From: Squalus acanthias
Taxonomy: Eukaryota
Assembly (NCBI GenBank): GCA_030390025.1
Contig: JASTWF010000034.1
Location: 2,852,001 to 2,916,000, forward strand
Length of the DNA stretch: 64,000 bases
Direction: 5' to 3'
This document shows, in pieces, positions 1 to 12,859 of this stretch; the stretch's first letter is position 1, and every line of letters begins with the position of its first letter. The position numbers and the translations under genes were made by a program. The notes beneath the pieces are model-generated. The model searched no databases, was not told where the DNA came from, and was given only the letters and a program-made list of their open reading frames with translations.

Positions 1-521
1 TCCATCTATAACTACTTTTTTGCCTACGTCCTGCCATCCAGTTCTGAATCCAGCTCAATATATTACCACTAATACCAGAGTATTTGATCTTATAGAGAAG
101 CCTCTTATGCGGTACCTTATCCACCAACTTTGTAACTTCTTCAAAAATACAATTAGATTTGTAAGACATGACCGCCTTGTTATGAAGTAATGTTGGGTGT
201 CCCTAATATGACCCTCTCTATCCAAGTATTCATATATTGCATCCTTAATGATTCCTTCAAGCATATTACCTATTACTGATGTTAAACTAATGGGCCTATA
301 CTTACCCGGGTCTGTCTTGTCACCTTTTGTAACGATGTGGACTACATTAGCCTCCTTGCAGTCTACAGGAACCATTCCAGAGTGCAGTAAGGTTTTAAAA
401 ATACAGGCTCGGGTCCAGCAAAGCACATGCCCCATCTCCCTGAGGACTGTCGAGTGGATACCATCCGGCCCGGCTGCTCCATCTATTTTCAAGTTCTTAA
501 TTATTTCTAAAACAATCTGTG
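1..521 (-). mobile_element. Degenerate CR1-type LINE ORF2 fragment (RT region), split by the Gypsy insertion; continues at 4965-~5470
   Basis: Minus ORF contains GPDGIH...KTDPGKYRPISLTSV...SCLTNL, typical of CR1 ORF2. Confidence 0.85.
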
Positions 522-715
522 TTTGGTAACACAATACAGCTTCCTGTGACTCGAACTTTATTGCATCACTTCCTGTGATTAGTCCAGGATAAATACTGGA
601 CTGATCAGTTGGATCCTGGAGAGGCATAGAGTAAGACCTCTTTTGTATGTAGCACCTTTTTAGTTGATTAAAGCTTACTTTAAGTTCACCACGCGTAAGG
701 CTCATTCTTACGACA
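522..715 (+). repeat. 5' LTR of the Gypsy element
   Basis: Direct repeat of 4771-4964; starts TT (TG in the 3' copy) and ends CA. Confidence 0.95.
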
Positions 716-793
716 ATTTAATCAACTTTGAAAAACTTCGCACTCAAACTTTTTAGACGAACTCGGAACTAAGGATCCAGGGAATCACCCATC

Positions 794-3700
794 ATGGAAA
801 ACATCCTTAAACCATCGCGTCTTGACTTGGACCCAAACACCCCAGCAGCGGTAAGGTGTGGAAACACTGGTATCGCACGTTTGACAATTTTCTCGAATAT
901 TGCAATGCTGATGGTGACTCAAAGTTGCGGATACTCATCAACTGTGTCACCCCGAATGTATTTCAGTATGTGGAGGAATGGGGCAGTTACGAGAAGGCAA
1001 TTCGGACGCTTAAAAGGCTATATACTAAGACACCGAATGAGGTCTATGCCAGACATCTACTAGGTACAGCCCAACAAGGGCCGGAGGAATCCATTGATAA
1101 ATTCCTCCAAGAGCTTCGCAGACTTAGTATGGACTGTAACTTTCAGGCGGCCTCAGCTGAGCTGTACCGTGAAGAAATGATCCGTGATGCTTTCATCTGC
1201 GGGCTTGCCTCCCCATTTATACGCCAGCGTCTACTGGAAAGTAAGACACTTGAGCTTCAGAGAGCTTATGACATGGCTTGCTCTCTAGATCTGGCAAAAA
1301 GAAATGCAGACCTTTATACAGTGCCCAGACCTCGGTCTGCTGCCTTAACTACAGTCAGGCAATTTAAGAGGCCACAGGTGAACTCTATTAGGGAGGACTT
1401 TATCCCTGACGATCAATCTGATGACTTCACTGATGAAGAGGATGATGACCCCACTGTGGCAGCCTCTTGGCAATCTAAGAAATGCTTCTTTTGTGGTGAT
1501 GAGTTTCACCCTCGGAAATTCTGCCCTGCTCGCAATGCGTTTTGCAGTCATTGCAACAAAAAGGGTCATTTTGCAAAGGTTTGCCTATCAAGAGCCTCTA
1601 CGAGGGCTTATCAAGCTAAGTCCTACCGAACTGCCCCGGTAAGGGCCTATCAAGATGTTCCGGCTAAAATCTATCGTGCTTCCTCTCGGGTTTTCTCTCG
1701 AAGAAACACACCTAGAGTTTCAGCCACTCTTTGTGCAACGACACCAATTACAGCTGCTTGTCCTCAGAACCTATTCCATGCAGCTACAAAAGCATCAATT
1801 AATGGACATACTTTAGATGCCTTAATTGACTCAGGTAGCACTGATAGTTTCATTAGGGAACAGATTGTTGCAGAGTTAAAGCTACATGTTTTCCCATCGG
1901 ACCAGGCAATTGCGATGGCTCAGTCATCACTTAATACCAGAATTTCTGGCTTTTGTATGGTTGAAATAACACTTAATGGTCACAGGTATCCCTCCACCCG
2001 GCTTTCGGTGCTCAAGGACTTATGTAGTGATCTTATCTTAGGGCTGGATTTTCAAAAGCAGCATAAGAAGCTCACCATTGAGTTCGGCGGATCCAAACCT
2101 GAACTCACTATTTCTAATATACGACCTCGATTACCGTTCTGTGCATTGTCAGCAGCTTCACTGGATGAACCTTCACTGTTTACCAGTATCCCTCCTCGAT
2201 GCAAACCGATTATAACAAAGTCACGACGTTTCAGTCAGGAAGACCGGTCTTTTATTGCGGCTGAGATTTCTCGGCTTTTAGCAGAGGATATCATCGAGTC
2301 TTGTTCGTCGCCATGGCGCGCCCAGGTCGTTATTGTTAAGAACCCTCTACAACCTCACAAGAAACGGCTGTGCATTGACTATTCACAGACCATCAATCAA
2401 TATACGGACTTGGACGCATACCCATTGCCGCGCATCGATGATATGGTTAATAAACTGGCTGAGTACATGGTGTTCTCAACATATGATCTGAAAAGTGCCT
2501 ATCATCAGGTACCCTTGAAGGTCTCAGACAAGCAGTATACGGCCTTTGAAGCCAATGGACGGCTGTATCAATTTCGTCGCCTCCCCTTTGGGGTCACTAA
2601 TGGAGTGGCTGTCTTCCAGCGAGCAATGGATGACCTGGTCAAACAGGAAGACTTGAAGGATACGTTTCCTTATCTGGACAATATTACTGTCGCAGGTCGG
2701 AATCAGCGGGAACATGACGCCAATCTCAACGATTTTGGGATGCACTCCAGCACCGTAATTTGACATTAAATGCGGCTAAATCCATTGAGTCACAACCAAC
2801 CATCAACATCCTTGGCTATTGTGTGGGCAATGGCATCATTAAACCTGACCCTGAAAGGCTTCGCCCACTCCAAGAACTCCCGCCACCTAAGAATCCGGCC
2901 TCCTTGCGCCGGGCCCTCGGTCTGTTTGCATACTATGCTAAATGGATTCCTAACTTCTCGGACCGAATCCAACCTCTACTGAAGGCCAGCACATTCCCAC
3001 TAGACACAGCGGCTGTTGCAGCCTTTAACCTCCTGAAAAAACAGTTGGAGAAAGCGGCTCTTCACTCCATCGATGAGAGTCTTCCTTTTGTTGTTGAGTG
3101 TGATGCCTCGGAGGTGGCGATCTCGGCCACTCTGAATCAGGAAGGTCGTCCGGTGGCATTTTTGTCCAGGACTTTTCAAGGGGCTGAGCTACATTATCCT
3201 CCAGTCGAGAAAGAAGCTGCAGCCATCATAGAGGCAGTACGGAAGTGGAGTCATCTCCTAGCTCGCTAGCACTTTACCTTAATCACGGACCAGCGATCGT
3301 TCGCCTTCATGCTCGATAATCGTAAACGGACCAAAATTAAAAATAATAAAATCCAGCTTTGGTGGCTTGAATTGGCCTCTTTTGGTTACACCATCCACTA
3401 TCGACCTGGCAAGGAGAATGTGGCTCCGGATACCCTCACACGAGCATTCTGCTCCGCCATGGCACCCTGTACGCTCGTAGACATCCATGATGGGTTGTGT
3501 CATCCGGGCGTTACTCGCATGCTACACTTCGTGCGGTCCCGAAATCTCCCATTCTCTACCGGGGATGTAAAGAAGATGTGCTCGGACTGCAGAGTCTGTG
3601 CGGAATTGAAACCTCAGTTTTTCCGCCCCTCGGGTGGTATACTCATACATGCGACCCAGCCAATGCAACGGCTTAGCATCGATTTTAAGGGGCCGTTGCC

Positions 3701-4749
3701 CTCTTCAACTCGCAACACTTATCTATTGACCATGGTCGATGAGTATTCCCGTTTTCCGTTTGCCTTTCCCTGCCCCAATATGCTGACGACCACGGTTATC
3801 AGCTGCCTTGAGCAGGTGTTTGCTTTCTGTGGCATGGCATCCTTTGTTCATTCGGATCGGGGCCCTTCTTTTATGTCAGGAGAACTCAAGGCCTATCTCT
3901 CGGAACGGGGGTATTGCTGCCAGCAGAACGACGCCTTATCATCCGGTCGGGAATGGGCAAGTCGAGCGTTTTAACGCTATCATCTGGAATGCGGTACGTC
4001 TGGCTTTGAGATCTCGGGGCCTACCCAACCAGCAATGGGAAGCAGTACTTCCAGACGCATTACACTCCACACGGTCCCTCCTTTCGACCGCCACAAATAC
4101 GACGCCTCATGAACGGTTCTTCCGATTTCAGCGTCGCTCATCCTATGGGATATCTCTCCCGTCGTGGCTGACTGCACCGGGACCAGTGCTACTCCGAAGA
4201 TATGTCCGGGCGTCTAAGAATGACCCCCTGGTAGATGAGGTTGAGCTCACTGACGTCAACCCTACCTACGCCTATATTCGGTATCCTGACGGTCGGGAAT
4301 CTACCGTGTCATTGCGGGATCTGGCTCCCTGCCCGCCGAAACATAGAGGGACACCAGGGGATGATATTGTACCAGGCACATCTCTGGGCTCGCCAGGTGC
4401 CTCTCATCACAATCTGGATCTGACGCCGGCTGGTACCTCACTCCAGCGTGCCGACCTGGGGCAGACTGACTATGAGCCCGTCGGGGCTCGCACGCGCAGC
4501 CACGATCCACCCCGTACCGTACGCTCGGAAACGGATCTGCCACAGCCCTGCCCGACACCCGTTCGGGCACCAGTACACAGTCAGGATCGTCCTGACCCCT
4601 CACAGAGCGGGCTGGATCACTCGGACTCTGGTCCACGGACCGCGGCGGGTAAACGGTCTAGGGGCCCTCTACCGCTACGAGAACCCAAACGGGTGTGGCT
4701 CTCCCTCGTCCGGCGGCTACGAAATGGAGGGAGCATCCCGGCCTCCTAA
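794..4749 (+). pseudogene. Gypsy gag-pol polyprotein with frameshifts (~855, ~2740, ~3905) and an in-frame stop (TAG 3267-3269)
   Basis: Zinc knuckles CFFCGDEFHPRKFC and CSHCNKKGHFAKVC; protease ALIDSGS; RT DLKSAYHQ/LPFG/YLDN; RNase H ECDAS..EKE; integrase H-H-C-C, DFKGP, SDRG, GQVERFN. Confidence 0.93.
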
Positions 4750-4770
4750 TATTTTGGGGGGGGGGGAGAA

Positions 4771-4964
4771 TGTGGTAACACAATACAGCTTCCTGTGACT
4801 CCAACTTTATTGCATCACTTCCTGTGATTAGTCCAGGATAAATACTGGACTGATCAGTTGGATCCTGGAGAGGCATAGATTAAGACCTCTTTTGTATGTA
4901 GCACCTTTTTAGTTGATTAAAGCTTACTTTAAGTTCACCACGCATAAGGCTCATTCTTACGACA
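4771..4964 (+). repeat. 3' LTR of the Gypsy element
   Basis: TG...CA termini, preceded by a G-rich PPT and followed by TSD CTGTG. Confidence 0.95.
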
Positions 4965-5470
4965 CTGTGCATCTATGTTAATACAGGTTTGGTTAGAAAC
5001 ATTTTTAAATTCTAATAGTTGAACATCATCTTCAAGGTTGAAGACTTTAGTAATTCTCCGACTCTTCACAACTGAAAAAGCTTTCCCCATTGCTCCCACA
5101 GTTGTCTAAAGTCTTTTTTTCCATGAACCAGTCAGCCACCTTGGCCTTTTCTTACCATATTTCCTTCTTTTGAATTTGGGCACACATTTGTTTTCCACAT
5201 TTTTTATCTTATTCTTAAAAACTTTCCATTTATATTCTACATCGGTCTCATTAGCCAATTTACCCGTTCCAAATCATCTGCCATTTTGGTGAGGTTTGCT
5301 CTTCTGAAATCTGGTACGAGTTGCAGGTTCTCAGTACCTTTAGTTTTATTTCCAGTTGGAACCGTAGAATGCTGTGGTCACTGTTGACCAGATGTTCCCC
5401 CACATGGAGACCCGATACGAGGTCAGGCTCACTTCTAAATATTAGATCCAATATATGATTATCCCTGGTT
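4965..5470 (-). mobile_element. CR1 ORF2 fragment (endonuclease C-terminus/linker), upstream part of the 1-521 element
   Basis: Minus ORF DLIFRSEPDLVSGLHVGEHLVNSDH resembles the AP-endonuclease SDH motif. Confidence 0.75.
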
Positions 5471-5479
5471 ACTTCATTA

Positions 5480-7755
5480 CAGATAAAGAGTGAAGTTCGC
5501 TCTACAGTGTATCAAACACACCCAAGGCAGGTATAGCACCAGTTAGACAAAGAATAAAGCTCCTTCTACATTGCACCCATCAGCTGCAGCACCGGTTAGA
5601 TACAAAGTAAAGCTCCCTCGACGCTTTCACATCAAGCACTCCCAGGACAGGTACAGCACTGGATGGAAACAACGTGGTGTTCGATCGACACGGTCCCCAT
5701 CAAACAGTCCAGGGCTATTTAGCACCAGTTATACATCGCTCCAACAAATTCTCCCAGGACAGGTATGGCACAGTTTAGATACAAAGGAAAGATCAAGGCT
5801 GATCTTCGACCTCAACTACAAATTCCCGCCCGTTCTCCATATCACTTGAATCTACTTCGAGTCCAAAAATCTATCTATCTATCTGCCTTGAATATACAGT
5901 ACTCTACGATTCAGCATACACAGCACTCTGGGAAAGAGATTTCCAAAGATTTACAAACCTCTGAGTGAAGACATTCCTCCTCATCTTAGGCTGAATAATG
6001 GCCGACCCCTTATGCTGAGACTGTGACCCCTAGTTCAGGACTCTCCAGCCAGGGGAAACAACCTCTCAGCATCCACCCTGTCAATCCCCGTCAGAATCTT
6101 AAATGAGATCACCTCTCATTCTTCAAAACTACAGAGAGTATGCAGCGTAGAGGGAACATTGAGAGTGACAAGTACCATTTTACCAAATGTCAACTGTAGA
6201 TGTCCAGGAGCTGACATTGTGACAAACACGGTCAGTATGGTATCAGACGGGTCTGAATCGTTCCATTTTAGAAAAACACTCCCGGGGCAGGTACAGCACG
6301 GGATAGATAAAGGGTAAAGCACGCTCTACACTGCCCCATCAAACACTCCCAGGGCAGGAACAGCACGGGTTAGATACAGAGTAAAGCTCCCTCTACACTG
6401 GCCCATCAAACACTCCCATGGCAGGTACAGCACGGGTTAGATACAGAGTAACCTCCCTCTACACTGTCTCATAAAACACTCCCAGGCCAGGTACAGCAAA
6501 GGTTACATACTGAGTAAAATTTCACCTATACTCCCCATCAAACACTGCCAAGGCAGGTACAGCACAGGTTAGATAAAGGGTAAAGCACGCTCTACACTGC
6601 CCCATCAAACACTCCCAGGGCAGGTACAGCACGGGTTAGATACAGAGTAACCTCCCTCTACACTGTCCCATCAAACACTCCCAGGCAAGGTACAGCAAAG
6701 TTTACATACTGAGTAAAACTTCAGCTATACTGCCCCGTCAAACACTCCCAGGGCAGGTACAGCACAGGTTAGATACAGAGTAAAGCTCCCGCTACACTGT
6801 CCCATCAAACACTCCCAGGGCAGGTACAGCACGGGTTAGATACAGTGTAAAGCCGTCTCCACACTGTCCCATCAAACACTCCCAGGACAGGTACAGCACG
6901 GGTTAGATAAAGGGTAAAGCACGCTCTACACTGCCCCATCAAACACGCCCAGGGCAGGTACAGCACGGGTTAGATACAGAGTAAAGCTCCCTCTACACTA
7001 TCCCATCAAACACTCCCAGGGCAGGTACAGAACGGGTTAGATACAGAAGTAAAGCTCCCTCTACAATGTCCCATCAAACACTCCCAGGGCAGGTACAGCA
7101 CGGGTTAGATACAGAGTAAAGCTCCCTCTCCACTGTCCCATCAAACACTCCCAGGGCAGGTACAGCACGGGTTAGATACAGGTTAAAGCTCCTACAAAAC
7201 TGTCCCATCAAACGCTCCCAGGTAGTTACGGCATGGGTTAGCTAGTGGGTAACGTTCCATGTACACTGTCCCATCAAACAATCCCACAGCAGTTACAGCA
7301 CCGGTTAGATAGAAAGTAAAGCACTCGCTACACCGTCCCATCAACAACTCCGAGGGCAGGTACAGCACAGGCTAGTAACAGAGCAAAGCTCCCTGTAAAC
7401 TATTCCATGAAACACTCCCAGGCAGGTACAGCACGTTTTAGATACAGAGTAAAGCTCCCTTCCCATTCTTCAATCAAACACTCACAGGACAGGTGCAGCC
7501 TCAGACAGTTGCCAGGGAGAGAGAAGCAGCGTGGAGACATACGGGCAGTACAGTACCAGATGAGAGTGAATAGTTCCTTTTAATCAATGTTTAATGATAC
7601 ACGTACAGGAGCTGACACTGAGACGACACACACGGGACAAACAGGTACGGTATCAGAAAGGGGTGAATAGTTCCCTTTTAAAAATTCACTCCCAAGGTAG
7701 GTACTGCACGGGTTAGATGCAGAGTAAAGCTTCCTGCACACAGTCCTCCCATCAT
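5480..7755 (+). repeat. 67-bp tandem satellite (TACACTGTCCCATCAAACACTCCCAGGGCAGGTACAGCACGGGTTAGATACAGAGTAAAGCTCCCTC); best conserved 6275-7500; interrupted by a CR1 3' fragment at ~5790-6130
   Basis: CAGCACGGG recurs at 6361 and 6428 (period 67). Confidence 0.9.
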
Positions 7756-7756
7756 A

Positions 7757-10700
7757 TAAGAACATAAGAACGTAAGAAATAGGAGCAGGAGTAGACCAAT
7801 CGGCCCCTCGAGCCTGCTCTGCCATTCAATGAGATCATGGCTGATCTGATCCAACCTCAACTCTAAAGAACACAAGAAGTAGGAGCAGGACCAGGTCACT
7901 CGGCCCCTGGGCCCGCTCCGCCACCCACAGGGCCTTGACCGATCCGAACTCAAACTCATGTCCAATTTCCAGCCCGCTCCCCGTAACCCCTAATTCCCTT
8001 TACTTCTAGGAAACGGTCTATTTCTGTTTTAAATTTATTTAATGAAGTAGCTTCCACAGCTTCCTGGGGTAGCAAATTCCACAGACCCACTACCCTCTGA
8101 GTGAAAAAGTTTCTCCTCATCTCAGTTTTGAAAGAGCAGCCCCTTATTCTAAGATTATGTCCCCTAGTTCTAGTTTCACCCATCATTGGGAACATCCTCA
8201 CCGCGTCCACCCGATCAAGCCCCTTCACAATAATGGCCCAGAAATTGATCTCGCTCTGTTCCCGCGGGGGTAAGCCTTCCCCGCGTGTCTCACCTCGCTT
8301 ATGCTTTTTCTGATCCAGCTCGCACGAACTTGATGTTCCAGACATCAGCTGTGCTGGGCTTGCGTATCCCAGCGGCGTAGTGAATTCGTGCGAGCTGTGG
8401 GATCACGTGACTCAGTTAGAGCCAATGGCAGCACACCATCTTCCATTCATAAGTCTCACAGCATGGCTGTGAGACTTATGAATCTTACACCCCCCCAAAA
8501 TAATAGCTAAACCTCAATTAAATTAAAAAAAAAACCATCACATTAATAAAATAAGTATAGTTAATTAAATTAACCATTTTAAATAAAAAATTAAATTTTT
8601 GAAAAAATTTAAAATCTTTTAAAAAGTTATAAAAATAAACTTACCTGTCTTTAAAGTCTATAAAAAAGATATACCTGTAAAAAAAAATTCAAAAAAATAC
8701 TTAATTCACTACTTACCTTCTTAAAAGCGGGTCTTACTCCTCCTTTTCGCATTTCCAAAATCTTCCCTACTTACCTGCGCGTCCAAAGCATGAAGTGCAC
8801 AGCGTGCGCGCAGCCTGTAGCGCGCACGCGATGCACCCAGGCCCCGCCCCCTTTTCGGAAGAGCAATTGCCGGTTTTCAGCGCATGCGCAGGGCATGCAG
8901 AAAACCGGCAATTGGAGTAGGAATACGCGAGAGTATGCAGTGCGTACTCTCGCGTCCCGGGATCAATTTTCGGCCCTATATGTTTCAATAAGATCGCCTC
9001 TCATTCTTCATAACTCCAATGAGTAGAGAACCAATCTACTCAACCTCTCCTCATATGTCCACCCGCTCAACCCCGGAATTAACCGAGTGAACCTTCTGTG
9101 TACTGCCTCGAGAGCAAGTATGTCTTTTCTTAAGTATGGACACCAAAACTGTATACAGTACTCCAGGTGCGGTCTCACCAATACCCTATACAACTGCAGC
9201 AATACCTCCCTGTTTTTATATTCTATCCCACTAGTTATAAAAGCCAACATTCCATTGGCTTTCTTGATCACCTGCTGCACCTGCCTACTAACTTTTTGAT
9301 TTTCTTGCACCAAGACCCCCAGATCCCTTTGTACTGCAGTACTTTCCAATTTCTCGCCATTAAGATAATAACTTGCTCTCTGATTTTTCCTGCCAAAGTG
9401 CATAACCTCACATTATCCAAAATTGTATTGCATCTGCCAAATCTCTGCCCACTCATCCAGCCTGTCTATATCCCCTTGTAGGTTTTTTATGTCCTCCTCA
9501 CTCTATACTTTCCCTCCCATCTTTGTATCATCTGCAAAAGTTGATATGTTACACTCGGTCCCCTCCTCCAAATCGTTAATATAGATTGTAAAGAGTTGGG
9601 GACCCAGCACCGACCCCTGCGGAACACCACTGGCTACTGGTTGCCAGTCCGAGAATGAACCATTTATCCCAACTCTCTGCTTCCTGTTAGACAACCAATC
9701 CTCCACCCATGTCAGAATATTACCTGCAATCCAGTGATTTTTTATCTTGAGTAATAATCTTTATGTGGCACCTTGTCGAATGCCTTCTGGAAGTCTAAAT
9801 ACACTACATCCACTGGTTCCGCTTTATCCACCCTGTACGTTTTGTCCTCAAAGAACTCGAGCAAATTTGTCAGACATGACTTCCCTTTCATAAAGCCATG
9901 CTGACTTTGTCCTATTAAATTATGTTTATCTAAATGTTCCGTTACTGTCTCCTTAATAATAGACTCCAAAATTTTACCCACCACAGATGATACGCTAACT
10001 GGTCTATAATTTCCAGCCTTCTGCCTACAACCCTTTTTAAATAAGGGTGTTACATTAGCAGTTTTCCAATCTGCCAGGACCTTTGCTGAGTTCAGGGAGT
10101 TTTGGAAATTTATTACCAAAGCATCCACAATTCCTACTGCCACTTCCCTCAAGACCCTAGGATGTAAGCCATCAGGTCCAGGGGATTTATCTGCCTTGAG
10201 TCCCATTATTTTACTGAGTACCAATTCCTTAGTGATTTTAATCGTATTTAGCTGCTCCCCCACTAGAGCCCCCTGTTTGTCCAGTGTTGGGATATTCTTA
10301 GTGTCCTCTACCGTAAAGACTGAAACAAAATATTTGTTCAGCATTTTTGCCATCTCCATGTTTCCCACCATTAATTTCCCGGTCTCATCCTCTAAGGGAC
10401 CTACGTTTGCCTTAACCACCCTTTTTCTTTTTATATAACTATAGAAACTCTTGCTATCTGTTTTTATATTTTTTGCTAATTTATTTTCATAGTCTATTTT
10501 CCCTTTCTTAATCAATCCTTTAGTTACTTTTTGTTGTCTTTTGAAGACTTTCCAATCTTCTATCCTCCCACTAACTTTGGCTACCTTATATGTCCTTCTT
10601 TTTAGTTGGATACTTTCTTTAATTTCTTTACTTAGCCATGGATGGCTGTCATTTCTTTGACACCCTTTTTCCCTCAGTGGAATATATTTATTTTGAAAGT

Positions 10701-11755
10701 TGTAAAATAACTCCTTGAATGAACACCACTGCTCAAGTACCGTCTTACCCTTTAATCTATTTTCCCAGTCCACTTTAATCAATTCTGCTCTCATACTATC
10801 ATAGTCTCCTTTATTCAAGCTCAGCATGCTTGTTTGAGAACCAACCTTCTCACCCTCTAATTCAACCATGTTATGGTCACTCATTCCAAGAGTATCCTTA
10901 GCTAGGACATTATTAATTAATCCTGACTCATTACACAGTACCAGGTCCAAGATTGCTTGCCCCCTTGTGGGATCAGTTACATACTGCTAAAGAAATCCAT
11001 CCCTAAGACACTCAATAAACTCTTCCTCAAGGCTGCCCTGCCCAATTTGATTTGTCCAGTTAATATGATAGTTAAAATCACCCATAATTATAGCTGTTCC
11101 CTTATTACATGCCCCAACTATTTCCTTATTAATACTTCTTCCAACAGAGTTGCAACTATTAGGAGGCCTATATACTACGCCCACCAGTGTTTTTCTCCCC
11201 TTATTATTCCTTATCTCTACCCAAACTGTTTCATTACCCTGATCTTTTGACCCAATATCATTTCTCTGTATTACAGTGATTCCTTCCTTTATTAACATAG
11301 CCTGTCCTTCCTGATTGTTAAATACCCTGGCATATTTAATTCCCAGACGTTGTCACCCTACAGCCATGTTTCTGTAATGGCCACAAGATCATACCCATAC
11401 ATAGTTATTTGTGCCGTTAACTCGTCAATTTTGTTACGAATGCTACGTGCATTCAGATAAAGAACTTTCAAAGGTGTTTTGCGACACTTACTTCCTGCTT
11501 TTTCCTTATTTAACACTTTACCTTTTACTCCATACCTTCTGTCCCTTCCTGACATGCTTTCCTCTCTCTTGCTGGTCAGGTTCCCAACCCCCTGCCACAT
11601 TAGTTTAAATCCTCCCCAACAGCACTAGCAAACACTCCCCCTAGGACAGCGGTCCCGGCCCTGCCCAGGTGCAGACCGTCCGGTTTGTACTGGTCCCACC
11701 TCCCCCAGAACCGGTTCCAATGTCCCAGGAATTTGAATCCCTCCCCCTTGCACCA
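7757..11755 (-). mobile_element. 5'-truncated young CR1 LINE (end of ORF1, near-complete frameshifted ORF2, 3' UTR), interrupted by the insertion at 8235-8976
   Basis: LKVLYLNARSIRNK endonuclease start, [43 protein letters not shown]; (TTCTTATG)n-like tail at ~7757-7776. Confidence 0.95.
8235..8976. mobile_element. Non-autonomous TIR DNA transposon (MITE-like, probably PIF/Harbinger-type) inside CR1
   Basis: Imperfect TIRs GGCCCAGAAATTGATC / GATCAATTTTCGGCCC (13/16); CR1 sequence resumes on both sides; no coding capacity. Confidence 0.7.
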
Positions 11756-11784
11756 TACTCTCAGGGCAGGTATAGCACGGATTT

Positions 11785-12355
11785 ACCTGCGAGTCTTTGA
11801 TGAGACAGTGTGGAGGGAGCGTTGCTCTGGATCTAATCCCGTGCTGTACCTGCCCTGGGAGTGTTTGAAATGACAGTGTAGAATGAGTTTTACTCTGTAT
11901 CTAATCCCGTGTTGTACCTGCCCTCTGAGTGTTTAATGGGACAATGCAGAGAGAGTTTTGCTCTGTAACTAATCCTGTGGTGTACCTGCCCTCTGAATGT
12001 TGTTGATGGGACAGTGTAGAGGGAGTTTTAATCTGTATCTAACACGTACTGTACCTGACCTGGGAGTGTTTGATGGGACAGTGCAGAGAGAGCTTTACTC
12101 TGTATCTATCCCGTGCTGTACCTGCCCTGGGAGTGTTTGATGGGACAGTGTAGAGAGAGCTTTACTCTGTATCTAACCTGTGCTGTACCTGCCCTGGGAT
12201 TGCTTGATGGGACAGTGCGGAGAGAGCTTTACTCTGTATCTATCCCGTGCTGTACCTGCCCTGTGAGTGTTTGGTTGGACAGTTTAGAGGGAGCTTTGCT
12301 CTGTATATTACCCGTGCTGTACCTGCCCTGGGAGTGTTTTATGGGATAGCGTCGA
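11785..12355 (-). repeat. 67-bp satellite in inverted orientation
   Basis: Reverse complement of the 5480-7755 unit (GTGCTGTACCTGCCCTGGGAGTGTTTGATGGGACAGTGTAG). Confidence 0.9.
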
Positions 12356-12859
12356 GGGAAATTCAAAGTGAGAGATGTAGAGATTTCAACAAATAAAGAA
12401 TTATAAAGAGATGAAGGAAAGGTATAGAGAGATACAGACATATAAAGCAAGAAACAGATAAATAGAGATTCATATACAGAGAGCCACATAAAGAGTGAGG
12501 TTCAGAGATATACAGAGAGGGAGAGATACAGAGATATAAAGAAAGCTGTAGAGATACAGGACACGCCTCTTTGACTGTACAGCCTGCGTTTGTATCCCAC
12601 TGGCCCCAAATGTAACCAGGGACCCTCACCGCCTGTCTCCCCAAATTTAAATAAAGCATCTTTCATTCTTACATTTCATCACTCCCAAATTCCCAGAGAA
12701 CCAGTGAGAGAAACTGGGGACCAGAACGCAGATAGTGAGAAATACATAGACAGCGATCAAGAAAAGAAGTAGAAAGATATACGGAGAGTTACAGCTGCAG
12801 AAAGAGATTAAAAGAAAGAGAGAGATGGGGGAATAAAGATAAAAATATAGCCGCAAGAG

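Larger units (their letters stand above)
522..4964 (+). mobile_element. Full-length Ty3/Gypsy LTR retrotransposon (gag-PR-RT-RH-IN), disrupted
   Basis: 194-bp LTRs at 522-715 and 4771-4964 (4 mismatches), 5-bp TSD CTGTG (517-521 and 4965-4969), polypurine tract 4756-4770, Gypsy domain order. Confidence 0.96.

Noticed and set aside
55..705. 216-aa minus ORF as a gene
   Set aside because: Chimera of antisense LTR and a CR1 ORF2 remnant.
850..860. Programmed frameshift at the start of gag
   Set aside because: No slippery heptamer and wrong position; more likely a post-insertion indel.
4301..4876. Possible env or antisense accessory ORF in the Gypsy 3' region
   Set aside because: Short, with no signal peptide or TM segment; overlaps the low-complexity integrase tail and LTR.
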